The notes beneath the pieces were generated by a model, which saw only the letters and a list, made by a program, of their open reading frames with translations, had not been told where the DNA came from and did not search any database. Source: Octopus sinensis (Eukaryota). From it: DNA of 64,000 nucleotides. The stretch lies in contig NC_043003.1 in NCBI RefSeq assembly GCF_006345805.1, positions 16,182,001 through 16,246,000 of the forward strand, given 5' to 3'. This document shows, one piece after another, positions 12,884 through 26,887 of the stretch. Position 1 is the stretch's first letter; every line of letters begins with the position of its first letter. Position numbers and translations under genes: made by a program.

Positions 12884-13125
12884 ATACACATACATACACA
12901 CACAAATATATGTATATGTATATAAATATATCAATAAATCTATATATCTATATCTATATAAATATCTGTATCTATATATATATACATACATACATACATA
13001 TATATATATAATATATATATCTACCTATCTATCCATCCATCTATCTATCTATCTATCTATTTATATATATATATGTGTATATAAATATATCTATAAATCT
13101 ATATATCTATATCTATATCTATGTA

Positions 13126-13236
<111 letters not shown>

Positions 13237-13764
13237 CACACACATATTTGTATTTACTCAGAGAAGATAAGCACACAATGAATTTTAAAGTAAAATGTCT
13301 TTTGCTTTTGCATCTTGGTTCAAGACAAAACCTTTGTTTCCCAAACAAGTTTGTTATTGCCCTCTCTTCCTTTGTTCCTTCTCTCCTCCTCCCCCTCTCT
13401 CCCCCTCTGTCTCTTTCTCTCTCTCTCTCTCCACTTCTATCGCACTTCTCTCTTCCTTCCTTTCTAACTTCTAAGCTAGAATTATTTTCTTACTCGACGG
13501 AATTTCGGTGTATTTGATCAGCTATATAAACAGAATAGACTATTAAATGGCGGTGTTAGAGGCGTTGGTATAGATTCTGATATCCACGTGGGTCTTACAA
13601 AGCGACGGCGACAACGTAGACGATGATAACAACGGAGTATATCTCAGTACAGACTTATTCAACTATTGTTTATAAGGATGTTCTGGTGTTATCGAGATGA
13701 TGAAGATAGTTATGAGGCAACCGTATTAGAGATATTTGTAGTACTACGAATTGAAGAGGAAGTA

Positions 13765-14338
13765 TTGGGTTGTTCGGAAAGTTCGTGCCGATTTTTAAAG
13801 GAAAGAAAAAGGTCAATAAATACTTGGCCTTACCCAAGCTTTACCAGGTGCTCATGAACGACGGATTTTGATAGGTTGAGGCTTTCTGCCAATTCTCGGG
13901 TTGTGCAATGAGGGTTATTCTCAATTAATGACTTAATTTGGTCATCATCTGTAGTGGATGGTCTGCTTGATCGCTCTTTATCAATAAGGCTACAATCTCC
14001 AGCTCGGAACCTTGCGAACCACTTCCGTACAGTTCTTTCGGATAAAGAAACATCACCGTAAACTGCGCATATTTCTTTTATTTGTTTGTAAGGCATTTTT
14101 CCCTTCACGGAAAATGAAAAGCAACAAGTGCCGAAAATGAACTTTCTTATCTTCATTTTAAAGGGTTACAGAATTAATACAGGTTATAGGAACATAAACC
14201 TTCTTCCACGAAAAGATAGTTTAAACTGTGCTCTAAATGGAGGTGTAGTCAAATCCTATTTTATGGACTCAACCATGTTCTAAAATAAGTCGAAAGGTAA
14301 GCTACTATAAATCAGCACGAACTTTCCGGACAACCCAA
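13765..14338 (-). mobile_element. Internally deleted mariner (both TIRs, TA TSD), retains N-terminal HTH
   Basis: TA|TTGGGTTGTTCGGAAAGTTCGTGC ... GCACGAACTTTCCGGACAACCCAA|TA. ORF 13830-14156 ICAVYGDVSLSERTVRKWFARFRAGD..RSSRP. Confidence 0.92.
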
Positions 14339-14359
14339 TAATATAACAAGTTAGTAAGC

Positions 14360-14695
14360 TGGTGAGCTGGCAGAATCGTTAACACACCGGGAAAAATACT
14401 CAGCGGTATTTCGGGGTCGATTAAATAAGTACCAGTAACGCACTGGTGTCGATATAATCGACTTAATCCGTTTGTCTGTCCTTGCTTGTCCTCTCTGTGT
14501 TTAGCCCCTTGTGGGTAGTAAAGAAATAGGTATTTCGTCTGTCTTCATGTTCTGAGTTCAAATTCCACCGAGATCGACTTTGTCTTTCATCTTTTCAGGG
14601 TAGATAAAATAAGTACCACTTGAGTACTGGGGTCGATGCAATCGATTTACCCCTGCCACCAAAATTGCTGGCCTTGCGCCAAAATTTGAAAACAG
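14360..14695 (+). mobile_element. SINE family B (Meta-domain-like), chimeric dimer
   Basis: GAGCTGGCAGAATCGTT head. Internal AAAGAAATAG|GTATTTCGTC junction near 14529. Second unit has an alternative tail. Confidence 0.75.
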
Positions 14696-14957
14696 CATAA
14701 CAAATTACTAATTAATGTTACTCATTACAAATAGTCATGTTAAGGGCTCATATTCACTATAGTAAAAAGGGAACTTATCGGTTATGATAAATTCTTGCAA
14801 GAATTTGCTTTAGACATGGAACAGATAAAGTCTGACTCCAAAGCACCAGCGGCACAAATTGAAATACTGAGGTCACCAAGGTCAACTGTAATGAACGCTC
14901 ATAAAGACAAGAGTTTCCATGGTCAATATTTTCGTGAACTGGACATCCACTTCATAA

Positions 14958-15131
14958 AAATGGCTGTGTGGTAAGAAGCTTGCTTCCCAACCATATGGTT
15001 CTGGGTCCAGTCCCGTCCCAAGATGCCACTTGCGTGGCATCTTGAGCAAGTATCTTCTACTCTAGCCTTGAGCTGACCATGGCCTTGAGTGGATTTGGTG
15101 GACGGAAACTGAAAGAAGCCTGTCGTGTCCA

Positions 15132-15184
<53 letters not shown>

Positions 15185-15355
15185 CTATCGATCTATCTAC
15201 CTTTATTAGCGCTTTCGTTCGTTTAAACGGAATTCGGTTAAACGAACGAAAGCGCTAATAACGAATTATCCAAAATTCTGACTGCCTCCTTTTTCTTAAT
15301 ATACAATATCTGTACACTACACCAAACACACACACACACACACGCACACACACAC

Positions 15356-15397
<42 letters not shown>

Positions 15398-15760
15398 CAC
15401 ACACACACACACACACACACACTCTCTCTCTCTCTCTCTCCCCACACACACGCTCTCTCTCTCTCCCCACACACACACTCTCTCTCTCTCTACACACACA
15501 GAATTCAAGTTTACAGTAAACAAAAGACGAAGACAGGTGTATATATCTCTCTACGTGTGCGTTTCTCTGTGTATGTGTTTGTTCTTCACCACCTCTTGAC
15601 AACCGGTGTTGGTGTGTTTACGTTCCCGAAAATTAGCGGTTCGGCAAAAAAGACCGATAGGCTTAAAAAAAGTCCTGGGGTAGATTTGTTCTACTGAAAG
15701 TTCTTCGAGGCGGTACCCCAGCATGGCCGCAGTTAAATAACTGAAACAAGTAAAACAAAA
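14958..15760 (+). mobile_element. SINE family A with expanded microsatellite core and nested hairpin
   Basis: TGGCTGTGTGGTAAGAAGC head at about 14961 and GCATGGCCGCAG..CTGAAACAAGTAAAA tail at about 15720-15755. Confidence 0.75.
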
Positions 15761-15871
15761 AACCAAAACGCGCATAAATCCATCTTGAATGTTCAGATGT
15801 TACGATTGTTGCTTTGAATAACTAAATCCATCGTGCTCCCTTCGTTATCTACTTCACTGGCTCTTGGCCCG

Positions 15872-16178
15872 TGAAGGCACGTGGCTTAGTGGTTAAGGTA
15901 TTCGGCTCACGACCTTAGGGTCATGAGTTCGATTCCCAACGGCGCGATGTGTCTTTATTTCACTTTCCTCTGATCTACTCAGCTGGCAAAAATGAGTAGT
16001 ACCTGTTTTTCAAAGGAGTCAGCCTTGTAATAGTCTGTGTCACACTGAATCTCCCTCAGAACTACATTAAGGGCACACATGTCTGTGGAGTCCTCAGCCA
16101 CCTGCACGTTAATTTTCCGAGCAGGCTGTTCCGTTGATCGTATCAACTGGAACCGTAGTTGTCGTAACCGACGGGTTG
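15872..16178 (+). mobile_element. SINE family C
   Basis: GGCACGTGGCTTAGTGGTTAAGG A box, GAGTTCGATTCC B box, shared 3' body ending TCGTAACCGACGG. Confidence 0.8.
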
Positions 16179-16376
16179 ACACAGATATATATGCTCTTAG
16201 CCAAGTATTGAGTTGTTTATTTTTATTTCTTTCTTATATTGTTCTAGAACTAGTTTTGATTTCAACTCAAATTATTTGTTCTGTTCAAAGACTCTTTGTT
16301 GCTTTTCATTACGCGTAATCCATTGCCATTAGCAAGTATCTCTTTTTTTTATGCACGTCTTTGATTTCAGGCGCTT

Positions 16377-16437
<61 letters not shown>

Positions 16438-16894
16438 TAGAAATAGATTTAATCATTTATTTCTTTCCGCTTTGTAATTGTGTCTTTCCGTCGTTCAATT
16501 ATATCGTTCTGTTGATGCTAATTTCGTCGCCATGTTACTGGCAAAATCGATAGACCATCGGAACAAATGCTCTGTGTTATCTGTGCTGGCGCTTTACATT
16601 CTGGGTTCAGATTCTATCATGGTCAAATACTGGGACCGATGTTGTTAACTGACCCCTTTCCTCTAAAATTGCTGGCGTTGAGCCCAAGTTTGAAACCATT
16701 ATTACTGTTATTATCATTACTGATTCCTGTTGCTATTTCTTCCTCATAAAAATGTTTCTTCCTTGTAGAGTCAACCCTGGCGAAACTTGAACTCAGAGCG
16801 TAAAGACGGATGAAACATCGGTAACCATTTCGTCCGCCGTACTAACGGTTCTGTCAGCTTGTCGGTGGTCCAAAGGCGGTAAAGGGTGTGTTGT

Positions 16895-17900
16895 TTCTAT
16901 TTAATGGAGAATACCTTTCTGGGCAAATAGACTTTTCCCAGGATACCGATATCTTATATCTTATGGATGCTGCTGTTACCAGGCAGTTTGTCGGTGATTC
17001 TGTTTAGTCCGCTTTTCATGAGACTCTGGGACCCGATAAAAATAGGAATTGCTTCAGATTCCATTGCTCACAGCAATTTATTTCTATATTTAACTCTTTG
17101 TACTTCGATAATTCTTCAGTGACTTTTGTTGGTATATTTCTCTCTGATGGGTGACGTCAATTATTAGGCATTTCATTTACTTCCTATCTTTGATAATGAT
17201 GTCTGGCCGGTTTGCAGTTATTTCTCACTCTGTATCAATACGCATATCCCATACTGTGATGGAGCGTGGCTCAGTGGCTACAGTGTTGTTTCGGCTCATG
17301 ATTGCAAGGTCGCAAATTCGATGTTGTGTCCGTGAGCAAGACACTTTATTTTACGGTTGGTTCTGTCCACTCAGCTGGAAAAAAATGAGTTGTGCCTGTA
17401 GTTCAATGGGCCAGATTTTCCACGTTTAGTGGGTCACGCTGAATCCCACCGAGAACTACGTTACGGGTACATGTGTCTGTGGAGTACTCAGCCACTTGCA
17501 CATTAATTTCACGAGCAGGTTGTTTCGTTGATGGAATCAACTGGAACCCTCGTCGTCATAACCGACGGGTCATAGTATGGTGGCGTTCTCATTTTCCATG
17601 ACTGTTTCCAGTTCATGTTCATACCATTTCTCAGTAGTCTTGATCTTATATGTTTTACAGACCTTACAGTGGATGTATGCTGACACCTTGTGACGTTGGA
17701 TGTATTCTGCCTTAGCAAGTTATGGGCACCCAGAGACAAGGTAGTCCATTGTTTCTTCGAATTTCTTACATGCCCTGCATTGGGCCTCGCTATCACTTTT
17801 TATTTTATTACATATTAGTAGAACGTTGTTGGAAAGCTTTGGATTTTGTGCAGCAAGGATGAAACTGCGTGTTTCTGGTTTAAAGTGATTAAGTAAAAGA
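16895..17900 (-). mobile_element. Degraded R4/Dong LINE 3' region interrupted by SINE-C (17256-17570)
   Basis: Minus-strand peptides KPETRSFILAAQ..CRAC..ETMDYLVSGCP, KWYEHE, ATILWD (split by the SINE) and ANRPDIIIKD. Confidence 0.8.
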
Positions 17901-18121
17901 GCATCACACACATTCCAAGTGACGCTAGATTGCATATATACGAAGCCCTTTATAGCCATCGTGACTACTCGTCTGATTACGGTACACAAAGCACGTGCAT
18001 CACAACCACGGTGACCTCATATCAAGATTTACCAGGAAATGACCTTGTAGATGAGACCCAGAATTTTCTTCAGTTAGAGTAGCCCATCCTGCACAAAAGA
18101 TCATTGAATAAGGGTTGCTCT

Positions 18122-18345
18122 TTTACTCTTTTTTTACTCTTTTACTTGTTTCAGTCATTTGACTGCGGCCATGCTGGAGCACCGCCTTTATAGTCGAGCA
18201 AATCGACCCCAGGACTTATTCTTTGTAAGCCTAGCCCTTATTCTATCGGAATCTTTTGCCGAACCTCTAGGTTACGGGGACGTAAACACACCAGCATCGG
18301 TTGTCAAGCGATGTTGGGGGACAAACACAGATACACAAATATATA

Positions 18346-18380
<35 letters not shown>

Positions 18381-18561
18381 TCACACACATACATATACGA
18401 CAGGCTTCTTTCAGTTTCTGTCTACCAAAACCACTCATAAGGTTTTCGTCGGCCCGAGGCTATAGTCGAAGACACTTGCCCAAGATATCTCGCAGTAGGA
18501 CTGAACCTGGAACCATGTGGTTCGTAAGCAAGCTACTTACCACACAGCCACTCCTACGCCT
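18122..18561 (-). mobile_element. SINE family A, full length
   Basis: Minus strand GGCGTAGGAGTGGCTGTGTGGTAAGTAGC through GACTGAAACAAGTAAAAGAGT tail. Confidence 0.9.
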
Positions 18562-18739
18562 GTGTTTAAGGATGATGAATGAAACACTCATGTTTCGAAG
18601 GTGAATTATTAAAACCCCCAAAAACTCCTTTCAGCACATGGCTTTGCTGTTCCTCCCTTACTTCTGCTCGTGATCAGGGATGCACATATCGTCAGGCACT
18701 AAGGGACATGCTCAACTGGTGAAGGTCAAGCAACTGACG

Positions 18740-19192
<453 letters not shown>

Positions 19193-19701
19193 GTTGTTGT
19201 TGTTGTTATTGCAATAAACTTAACGATCTTTATTTTCTCTATATTAGTGTTGTTGTTTCTACTGTTGTCATCGACGATAGAAAGAGTGCCAGCCATAGTT
19301 ACTGCTCGAAATTTCGTTTCCAATTTTAGTTTCACGACCATCGTCGTCGCATCATTTCCTCCTCCTCGTCCTCCCCCCTCTTCATCATCATCTTCATCAT
19401 CACCATCATCATCATCATCGTCATCGTCGTCGTCGTCGTCATCATCATCATCATCGTCGTTATCATCATCATCATCATCATCATCATCACCATCATCATC
19501 ATCCTCACCATCATCATCATTATTACCACCACCATTATCATCATCATTTTCCCCTCATAATGAGATAGAAGAAACTACCGTCATCAACCTCCTCCTCCTC
19601 CTCCTCTTCCTTCTCGTCGTCGTCGCGGCCGTGGCCGTGATCATAGTCGTTATCATCAACATCCTCTCCTCCTCCTCCCCTCCTCCTCCCCTCCTCCTCC
19701 C

Positions 19702-19736
<35 letters not shown>

Positions 19737-20547
19737 ACGTTATCATCCATACGAACCAAATTTATTTTTTTGGTCTTTTTTTCTTCCTTCCTTTTTATTT
19801 TACGTTTTTTCATTTTCGTGTTCTTTGTATCGACCGATATATAATTCCAAAATGAAACATTTCCAGTCAAAGAAAGAAGCATTTGCAGAAATTCTTCGTT
19901 TAATAGTCACTGCACGTTTGCGCTGGATTAATGCTGGATTATGTCGACGAGCCCGGCACCGTCCACAACGGTAAGAAGAGGCAAAGGACAAGAAACAAAA
20001 CAGGGCAATTCGCAATAACAATCCTGGCCATTATTCGTTTCTTTAGTTACTTTTCTATATATGCTTGTCTATATACGTGTATATATGCGGATTATGTATG
20101 TACATAATGTAAGTACGTAATATGTGCATATACGTATCTGCGCGAGTGTGCACGGACTTGAGTGTGTAAATATGTATGTGTCTGTATGTGAATGCGTTTA
20201 TGTGTGTAAATATGTATCCGTACGTCATTGTGTGTACATATTAATGTGTGTATGCGTGTATGAATATGTTTATATGTATGTTTGTATGATCGTATATAAG
20301 TGTGTGTGTATTTAGCATATTTGTAATATGTATTTCACACACGCACACACACACATGCACACGCACACACACACATGCACACGCACACACACATGCACAC
20401 GCATACACACACACACACACACATGCACACGCATACATACACACACACACACATACACACACACACATACACACACACACACACATACACACGCATACAT
20501 ACGCGCGCAAACACACATATTCTTATAGATGTATCTTATATTTTTTA

Positions 20548-21390
20548 AAATCTTTTATCTTTTACTTGTTTCGGGTATTGAACTGAGGCCATGCTGCGGC
20601 ACCACCTCGAAGTGGTTAGTCGAACAAATCAACCTCGGTGCTTAATTTTTAAACCTCTTACTTATTATATCGGTGTCATTTGCCGAATCGCTAAGTTACT
20701 GAAACGTAGACAAATTAACATAAGTTGTCAAGCAGTGGGGGAAAATATAACATAAACACAAACACACACACACCATACACACACACACACACACGCTAGA
20801 ACACTGCCTTTAATCGAACAAATCAACACCAGGACTTATTCTTTGTAAGTTTACTACTTATTCTATCGGGTCTCTTTTGCTGAACCATTAAATTGCGGGA
20901 CGTAAACACACAAACATCGGTTGTCCAGCGATGGTGGGTGGACAAACACAGATACAAACAACAAACACATACATGCATATATATACATACATATAAACCA
21001 GCCGAAATTACAAAGATAATCTGGAACTCGACTGAGGAAAGAAAACTCCGAAAGACCTGTCCTTGTTTCCTTTGTATCCGTCTATCTGGATGTTTTGTTG
21101 TCCCTTTTTTATATCACCTAACTGTCTGGATGTTTTGCGTTCTTTTCCCATTTTGTACACACACACGCACACACGCACACACATACACACACACATACAC
21201 ACACACACACACACACACATATACATACGACGGGCTTCTTTCAGTTTGCGTCTACCAAATTCACTCACAAGGCTTTGTTCGGCCCGAGGCTATAGTAGAA
21301 GACACCTGCCAAAGGTACCACGCAGTGGGACTGAACCCAGAACCATGTGGTTGGGAAGCAAGCTACTTACCACACAGCCATGCCTGTGCT
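20548..21390 (-). mobile_element. Composite SINE-A copies with a nested insert at about 20997-21157
   Basis: Two SINE-A 3' bodies (20548-20745, 20795-20960) and a head at 21227-21390. Confidence 0.75.
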
Positions 21391-21599
21391 TATACATATA
21401 TATTCATATATATATATATATATACACACACACATACAGAGTGTATCAGTTTTTTTGAGGTCATTTGTACGAATTTAGAAAAGGCGCATAGATTATCAAA
21501 GAAAGGCTGTATTTGAAAACAAATTGGTACAAATAATCTTGAGAATCCTTTCATCACACTTATCTAATGAATCCATCGCTAGCATCAATGACTGCTTCA

Positions 21600-21696
21600 A
21601 TACAGAGTGGTTAAGAGCGCGGGCTACGAACCCCAAGATTCCGAGTTCGGTTCCAGGCAGTGGTCTGAATGATAATAATAATAATAATAATAATAA

Positions 21697-21769
<73 letters not shown>

Positions 21770-21985
21770 AATACTACTACTACTAATAATAATAATGATA
21801 ATGATAATAAGAATAATAAAATATAATAATATAATAATAATAATAATAGCAAAGCAACATCGAATGAGAACCCAGGTTCGAAATTTCCCCCCAACACCTG
21901 ATGAGGCTGGAGGGTTATTCAGCCGAAACGTTGTGTTAACAACAACCAGATGAAGACAAATTCCGTCAGATCTAAATAATGTAAA

Positions 21986-21990
<5 letters not shown>
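21600..21990 (+). mobile_element. tRNA-SINE head + (TAA/TAC)n + hammerhead tail
   Basis: GAGTGGTTAAGAGCG (A box) and GAGTTCGGTTCC (B box) at about 21605-21654, a microsatellite, then a hammerhead at 21893-21937. Confidence 0.6.
21893..21937 (+). ncRNA. Minimal type I hammerhead ribozyme
   Basis: aacac-CTGATGA-ggctg-gagggttatt-cagcc-GAAA-c-GTT-gtgtt. 5-bp helix I, 5-bp helix II, palindromic ACGT helix III, GUU site. Confidence 0.8.
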
Positions 21991-22027
<37 letters not shown>

Positions 22028-22229
22028 ATATTAGGGAATAAACCAAACTTACAGGGAAAATCAGATTTAGGATTGAATCCAATTTTATAGTAAATATTAT
22101 ATTATATTAATTAGAGACAAACCACTATTAGGCAAATCATACAATGAAAAACTTAAGCCAATACATAAGATTATTTAATTTATATTATTTAAACATATAA
22201 CAAAATTATCAAAAAAATATAATTAATAT

Positions 22230-22297
22230 ATCACTACGATCGTTTCATGGCTGTTAATTTCTTTAAATTTTCGAGTTACAGTCATTCATCAGGTGGT
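22230..22297 (-). ncRNA. Type I hammerhead in family-H repeat (about 22025-22300)
   Basis: Minus strand: accac-CTGATGA-atgactgt..acagccat-GAAA-cgatc-GTA-gtgat. Palindromic ACGATCGT helix III. Flank is homologous to 43102-43445 and 62826-63143. Confidence 0.75.
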
Positions 22298-22992
22298 TTA
22301 AATATTTATTGGATGTCTGTAAGTTACAATAAAAGCACACTTCCAGAGAAAATATGAGCAGTTCTGCTTTTATATTGCCGAGAAGCTAAATTCTATCCAA
22401 TAGCATTGGTTACCACTGGTTTCACACTTACTCTTGCAATAGGCAATATTGACGACTTTTCAGACATGCTGTCCGGAAACACATAGCATCTTTAAAGCTA
22501 GAAGTAAATATATTGTCCACACACACACACACGCACACACGCACATCTATCTATATTTATACATTCATGTATATATGTACGCGTAATATATGCGTATCTA
22601 TGAATATATTTATGAATGCATATGTATATATATGCATGTTTTCTTGTTATTTTTGATATTATCTATCTATCTATTTATCTATGTATCTATCTATCTAACT
22701 ATCTATCTGTATATCTTATACTTGTTGATGCCTAATACTATTTATATATGAAATGTTAATCTATTAAAACTCCCGAAGCTTTTCTACAGCTTCTTGAATT
22801 TTGCCTGTACGCAACATTTCAGGCAGAAACCGTATATAAGTCGATGTAATATCCAAGAGAAAGCTTGTAGATTTAGAGATCAGCTACACATTAGCTCACA
22901 TATATTCGCATTCGATCTCATACATGCATATATACGTTATGTATAAATATATATATATATATGTATATATATATGTATATTATATATGTAAG

Positions 22993-23043
<51 letters not shown>

Positions 23044-23482
23044 CATACACATACACACATATATGCATTTATATAGAAGTTCTCTTACGTAATTGATCAA
23101 ATTATCGGTATTTTCATATCAATCCATAATTCTGTGGTTCTTTCACACGCACACTTAGTCTTAAACACACGCGTGCGCGCGCACACACACATATACATAC
23201 ACACGTATACTAATATATGTATGTACATAAATATACAGACACATATACAGTTATATGTATGCATGTGTATTATAGGTACACATATGTATTATATACATAT
23301 ATGTGTATGTGCGTGTGGAAATGGATGGGTAGCGTTCAATGTAAGTATATATAAATAATATATATATAATTATGATATATAATATATATATATATTATAT
23401 ATATATACAATACATATACAACATACATACATATATATATATACATATACATACCATACATATATATATATATATATTATAT

Positions 23483-23535
<53 letters not shown>

Positions 23536-23691
23536 TTTACAAGATAAGGCAGAAGAAAAATTTAATGCCCTTATCTTGTAAATTATGTATAAATTTTACC
23601 TTTAAAGGCATTTTTTAATATGCTGGCCATTGATAAAATTTTTTTCCCGAAAAAAAATTTTTTTATCCTATATTAATTACATATAATATAT

Positions 23692-23741
<50 letters not shown>

Positions 23742-24117
23742 ATATATATATATAGCATATATGGGTACAGGATGTCACCAACAGTAAACAACATGAAATA
23801 CGAAAAGAAATGAGTTCAATATGCAAACAACGAGAGAAACAAATGGAAAACAGGACAAATAATACAAAGAACGCCCCTTCGTCAGTTGTCGGCTGCCTAT
23901 CTGCTCCTCATTTCGAGCATTGAACGACAATGTGAGTCTTCGAAGACAGTTTCTCTCATAAGTACCAAAATGAAATTTTGGATTTATGGAGGGTCAAATT
24001 TGGAGAAAAAAAAACAGGGCAGTGGAGACATACAAGGAAACCGAACGAAAACAAACACGGAGGGTTGTTAGACCAGAACAAGAGTAAAATAATGAACGCT
24101 CGAGAAATATTTTCTTT

Positions 24118-24174
<57 letters not shown>

Positions 24175-24349
24175 GAATACGACGGACTTCCACACAATTT
24201 CCGCGTACTGAATTCACACCCAAGACACTGGTTGGCCCGGGGCTATATTAGAAGACGCTTGCTGAAGGTGTCGCGTACGCGTAGGGGGACTAAACCAGAA
24301 AGCACATGATTGTAAACTGATTTTCTTAACCATGCAGCCTCAATAATAC

Positions 24350-24986
24350 TGGACTTTAGCTGTTCTTTCTAGCGTAAAGGATTCCTATGATGGAAACCTC
24401 TTAATGTGTTTAAATGTACACTGTATTTTACATGAATAATATATAGTCTATTGACTAATTTTTTTATACGCTAGGCCACTGGTAGTAAAAATTTCTAAAA
24501 TCTTTATTACCCTGATATTATGTATAATGAGTTCCAGTAGATTCGTTCGAAGAATTTGCCGGCATCTTTTTGCTGCCGACAAAAATGACTGCGCTTGCGC
24601 GGTGGATTTGAAAAATATTAAAACGTATAAGTAATGAGTCACATGCTGGATTGGCCTCATTGTTTATATATTTAATCTTTGGCGTCTCTGTTGATGAAGA
24701 CTTCGCCTGGTAAATTATTTTATTTACTAAAATAAGTCAGAAACCATGGTCCAGGAAAGAGATGGTAAATGCTTTTATTTTTCATTGCCTTCGAGAATTT
24801 ATCCCTAATTAATGGTTTGGACTTTAGCTGTTCTTTCTAGCGTAAAGGATTCCTATGATGGATATCTCTTAATGTGTTTAAATGTGCATTATTTTATATG
24901 AATAATATATAGTCTATAGACTAATTTTTCTATACGCTAGGTCACTAGTAGTAAAAATTTCTAAAATCTTTATTACCCTGATATTA
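24350..24986 (+). mobile_element. Retrozyme/pLTR-like element: about 170-bp terminal direct repeats, 468-bp period, one hammerhead-like motif
   Basis: Repeats 24350-24520 and 24818-24986. Motif tctg-TTGATGA-agactt..aagtca-GAAA-ccatg-GTC-cagg at 24687-24755. Ends at (TA)n. Confidence 0.75.
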
Positions 24987-25285
24987 TTAATTATATATAT
25001 ATATATATATATAAGTAATTGTTAAAGGGGACAATGTTAAGGCAAAGCAAACATCTCAAGTCATATACAGTTGTTATACCGTCATATACCGTCTTGGCTA
25101 TAACCTTAGAGCCTTTATAATCTGTTACAGCACTTACATAGGGTACATAATCAAACTAAACCCCCATATTTTATATATATATATATATATATAAAGTTAA
25201 TCCAAACAAGAAAACACAAAAAAACACAACAACGCGAGGACGTGGAACAAATATAGTATTATTGGACGCTAAGGAAAGAAGGAGG

Positions 25286-25320
25286 ATTTAACGTTTCGAG
25301 CGGAGCTCTTCGTCGGAAAC
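25286..25320 (-). ncRNA. Minimal hammerhead variant (CCGACGA core), family F
   Basis: Minus strand gttt-CCGACGA-a-gagc-tcc-gctc-GAAA-c-GTT-aaat. The element spans about 25193-25390 between TA runs. Confidence 0.65.
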
Positions 25321-25680
25321 ATAGGAGAAGGAAAGATCCAGAGAAGGGAAGACAGAGGAAAAAAATCGCCAACGGTACACACGAGGTCATATATATGTGT
25401 GTGTGTGTGGTGTGTGTGTGTGTATGTATAGTAATCGTTTTTACACTGCTATAAGGCTGTGTGATACACAGCCTTATAAGGGAGATGTATATACATTGTG
25501 TGTGTGTGTATATATATATGTATATATATATATATATATGAACGCGCCGCGCATTCACACAAGAATATATATCCAGATGCGAAAGTGGTTTTACGGTACG
25601 ACTTCGACGTGATAGCTGAAACAAGTAAAGACTACTTTTACACATTTACACACCCAAGTGCTCATGTGCGTGTGTTTTTC

Positions 25681-25722
<42 letters not shown>

Positions 25723-25896
25723 CGTGCAATTAGATGCGTAACTATGCATGTTTGTAATTGAGTGTGTAGCTAATGTTATAGAAGCAAATCGAAATGTCAC
25801 GATGTATTGTTTTCTCATGTGTGAAATATATACAAAGGCATATAACATATTGCCATGTGCGTACGCATACACTCATTCGCGCTAATAGATAGATAA

Positions 25897-25949
<53 letters not shown>

Positions 25950-26095
25950 CAGATCGATCGATAGATAGAGCGATAAATCGATAGATAGATAGAAATTGAC
26001 TGATAGACAGACAGGTAGACTGGCATACATTCATACAGAATTACAGTTAGATAGAAAGATAAACAGATAGGTAAACACAGCGAGAAAGAGAGAAA

Positions 26096-26126
<31 letters not shown>

Positions 26127-26207
26127 GGAGAGAGACAGACTGACACACAGAATGGTAGATAGATATACAAGACAGACAGAGAGGTAGATAGATAGACGGA
26201 GTGATGA

Positions 26208-26253
<46 letters not shown>

Positions 26254-26694
26254 GAATAGATAGATAGATAGATGAATAGATAGATAGATAGATAGATATA
26301 TTGATATGTAAATAGGCATCTTGTAGAAATCTACATATATTGATTCATCCAAAAGCAAAGAAGTTTACAAACTTATAAATATTCATCCTGTATTTCAGCT
26401 GTTTGCAAGATATTGGCCTTCTGTGCCCGATGAAAATTATACGAGCGTACCATGATTTTTATGCATATTTATAATCCTTTTTTTCATGGCAATGCTGTTG
26501 CTAGCATAAATATTCATGTGTATATGTGTTCTGCCTCACGTTCTCTGGCGTTCCAATCGAGTGATGGGGGTCATGGCTGGAGTTGTGTAATCTTATTCAC
26601 TCATGTGTCAATGTACGGTCTTATAAGGCCTAGGGATCTGAAAAATGGCAAAAGAGGTGTTTCGGCCACCTAACCCCGGGTGGCTCTATTTCAC

Positions 26695-26846
26695 TGGCTG
26701 TGTGGCAAGAAGCTTGATTCCCAACCCCATGGTTCCGGGTTTAGTCTCATTGCGTGGCACCTTGGGCAAGTGTCTTCTACTATAGCCTCAGGCCGACCAA
26801 AGCCTTGTGAGTGGATGTAGTAGATGGAAACTGAAAGAAACCCGTC

Positions 26847-26887
<41 letters not shown>

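Noticed and set aside
21028-21065. CTGAGGA..GAAA..GTC hammerhead-like string
   Set aside because: Helices I and II do not pair. At most a decayed relic, so not counted.
21455-21600. Possible CR1 RT fragment (EVICTNLEKA..LSSHLSN)
   Set aside because: Similarity too decayed to call without a profile search.
21600-21670. tRNA gene (also the other SINE heads)
   Set aside because: A/B boxes are present, but there is no complete acceptor stem or T-run terminator.
23870-23930. Minus-strand GAAA..CTGACGA as a possible type II hammerhead
   Set aside because: No consistent helix I, helix III or NUH could be assigned.
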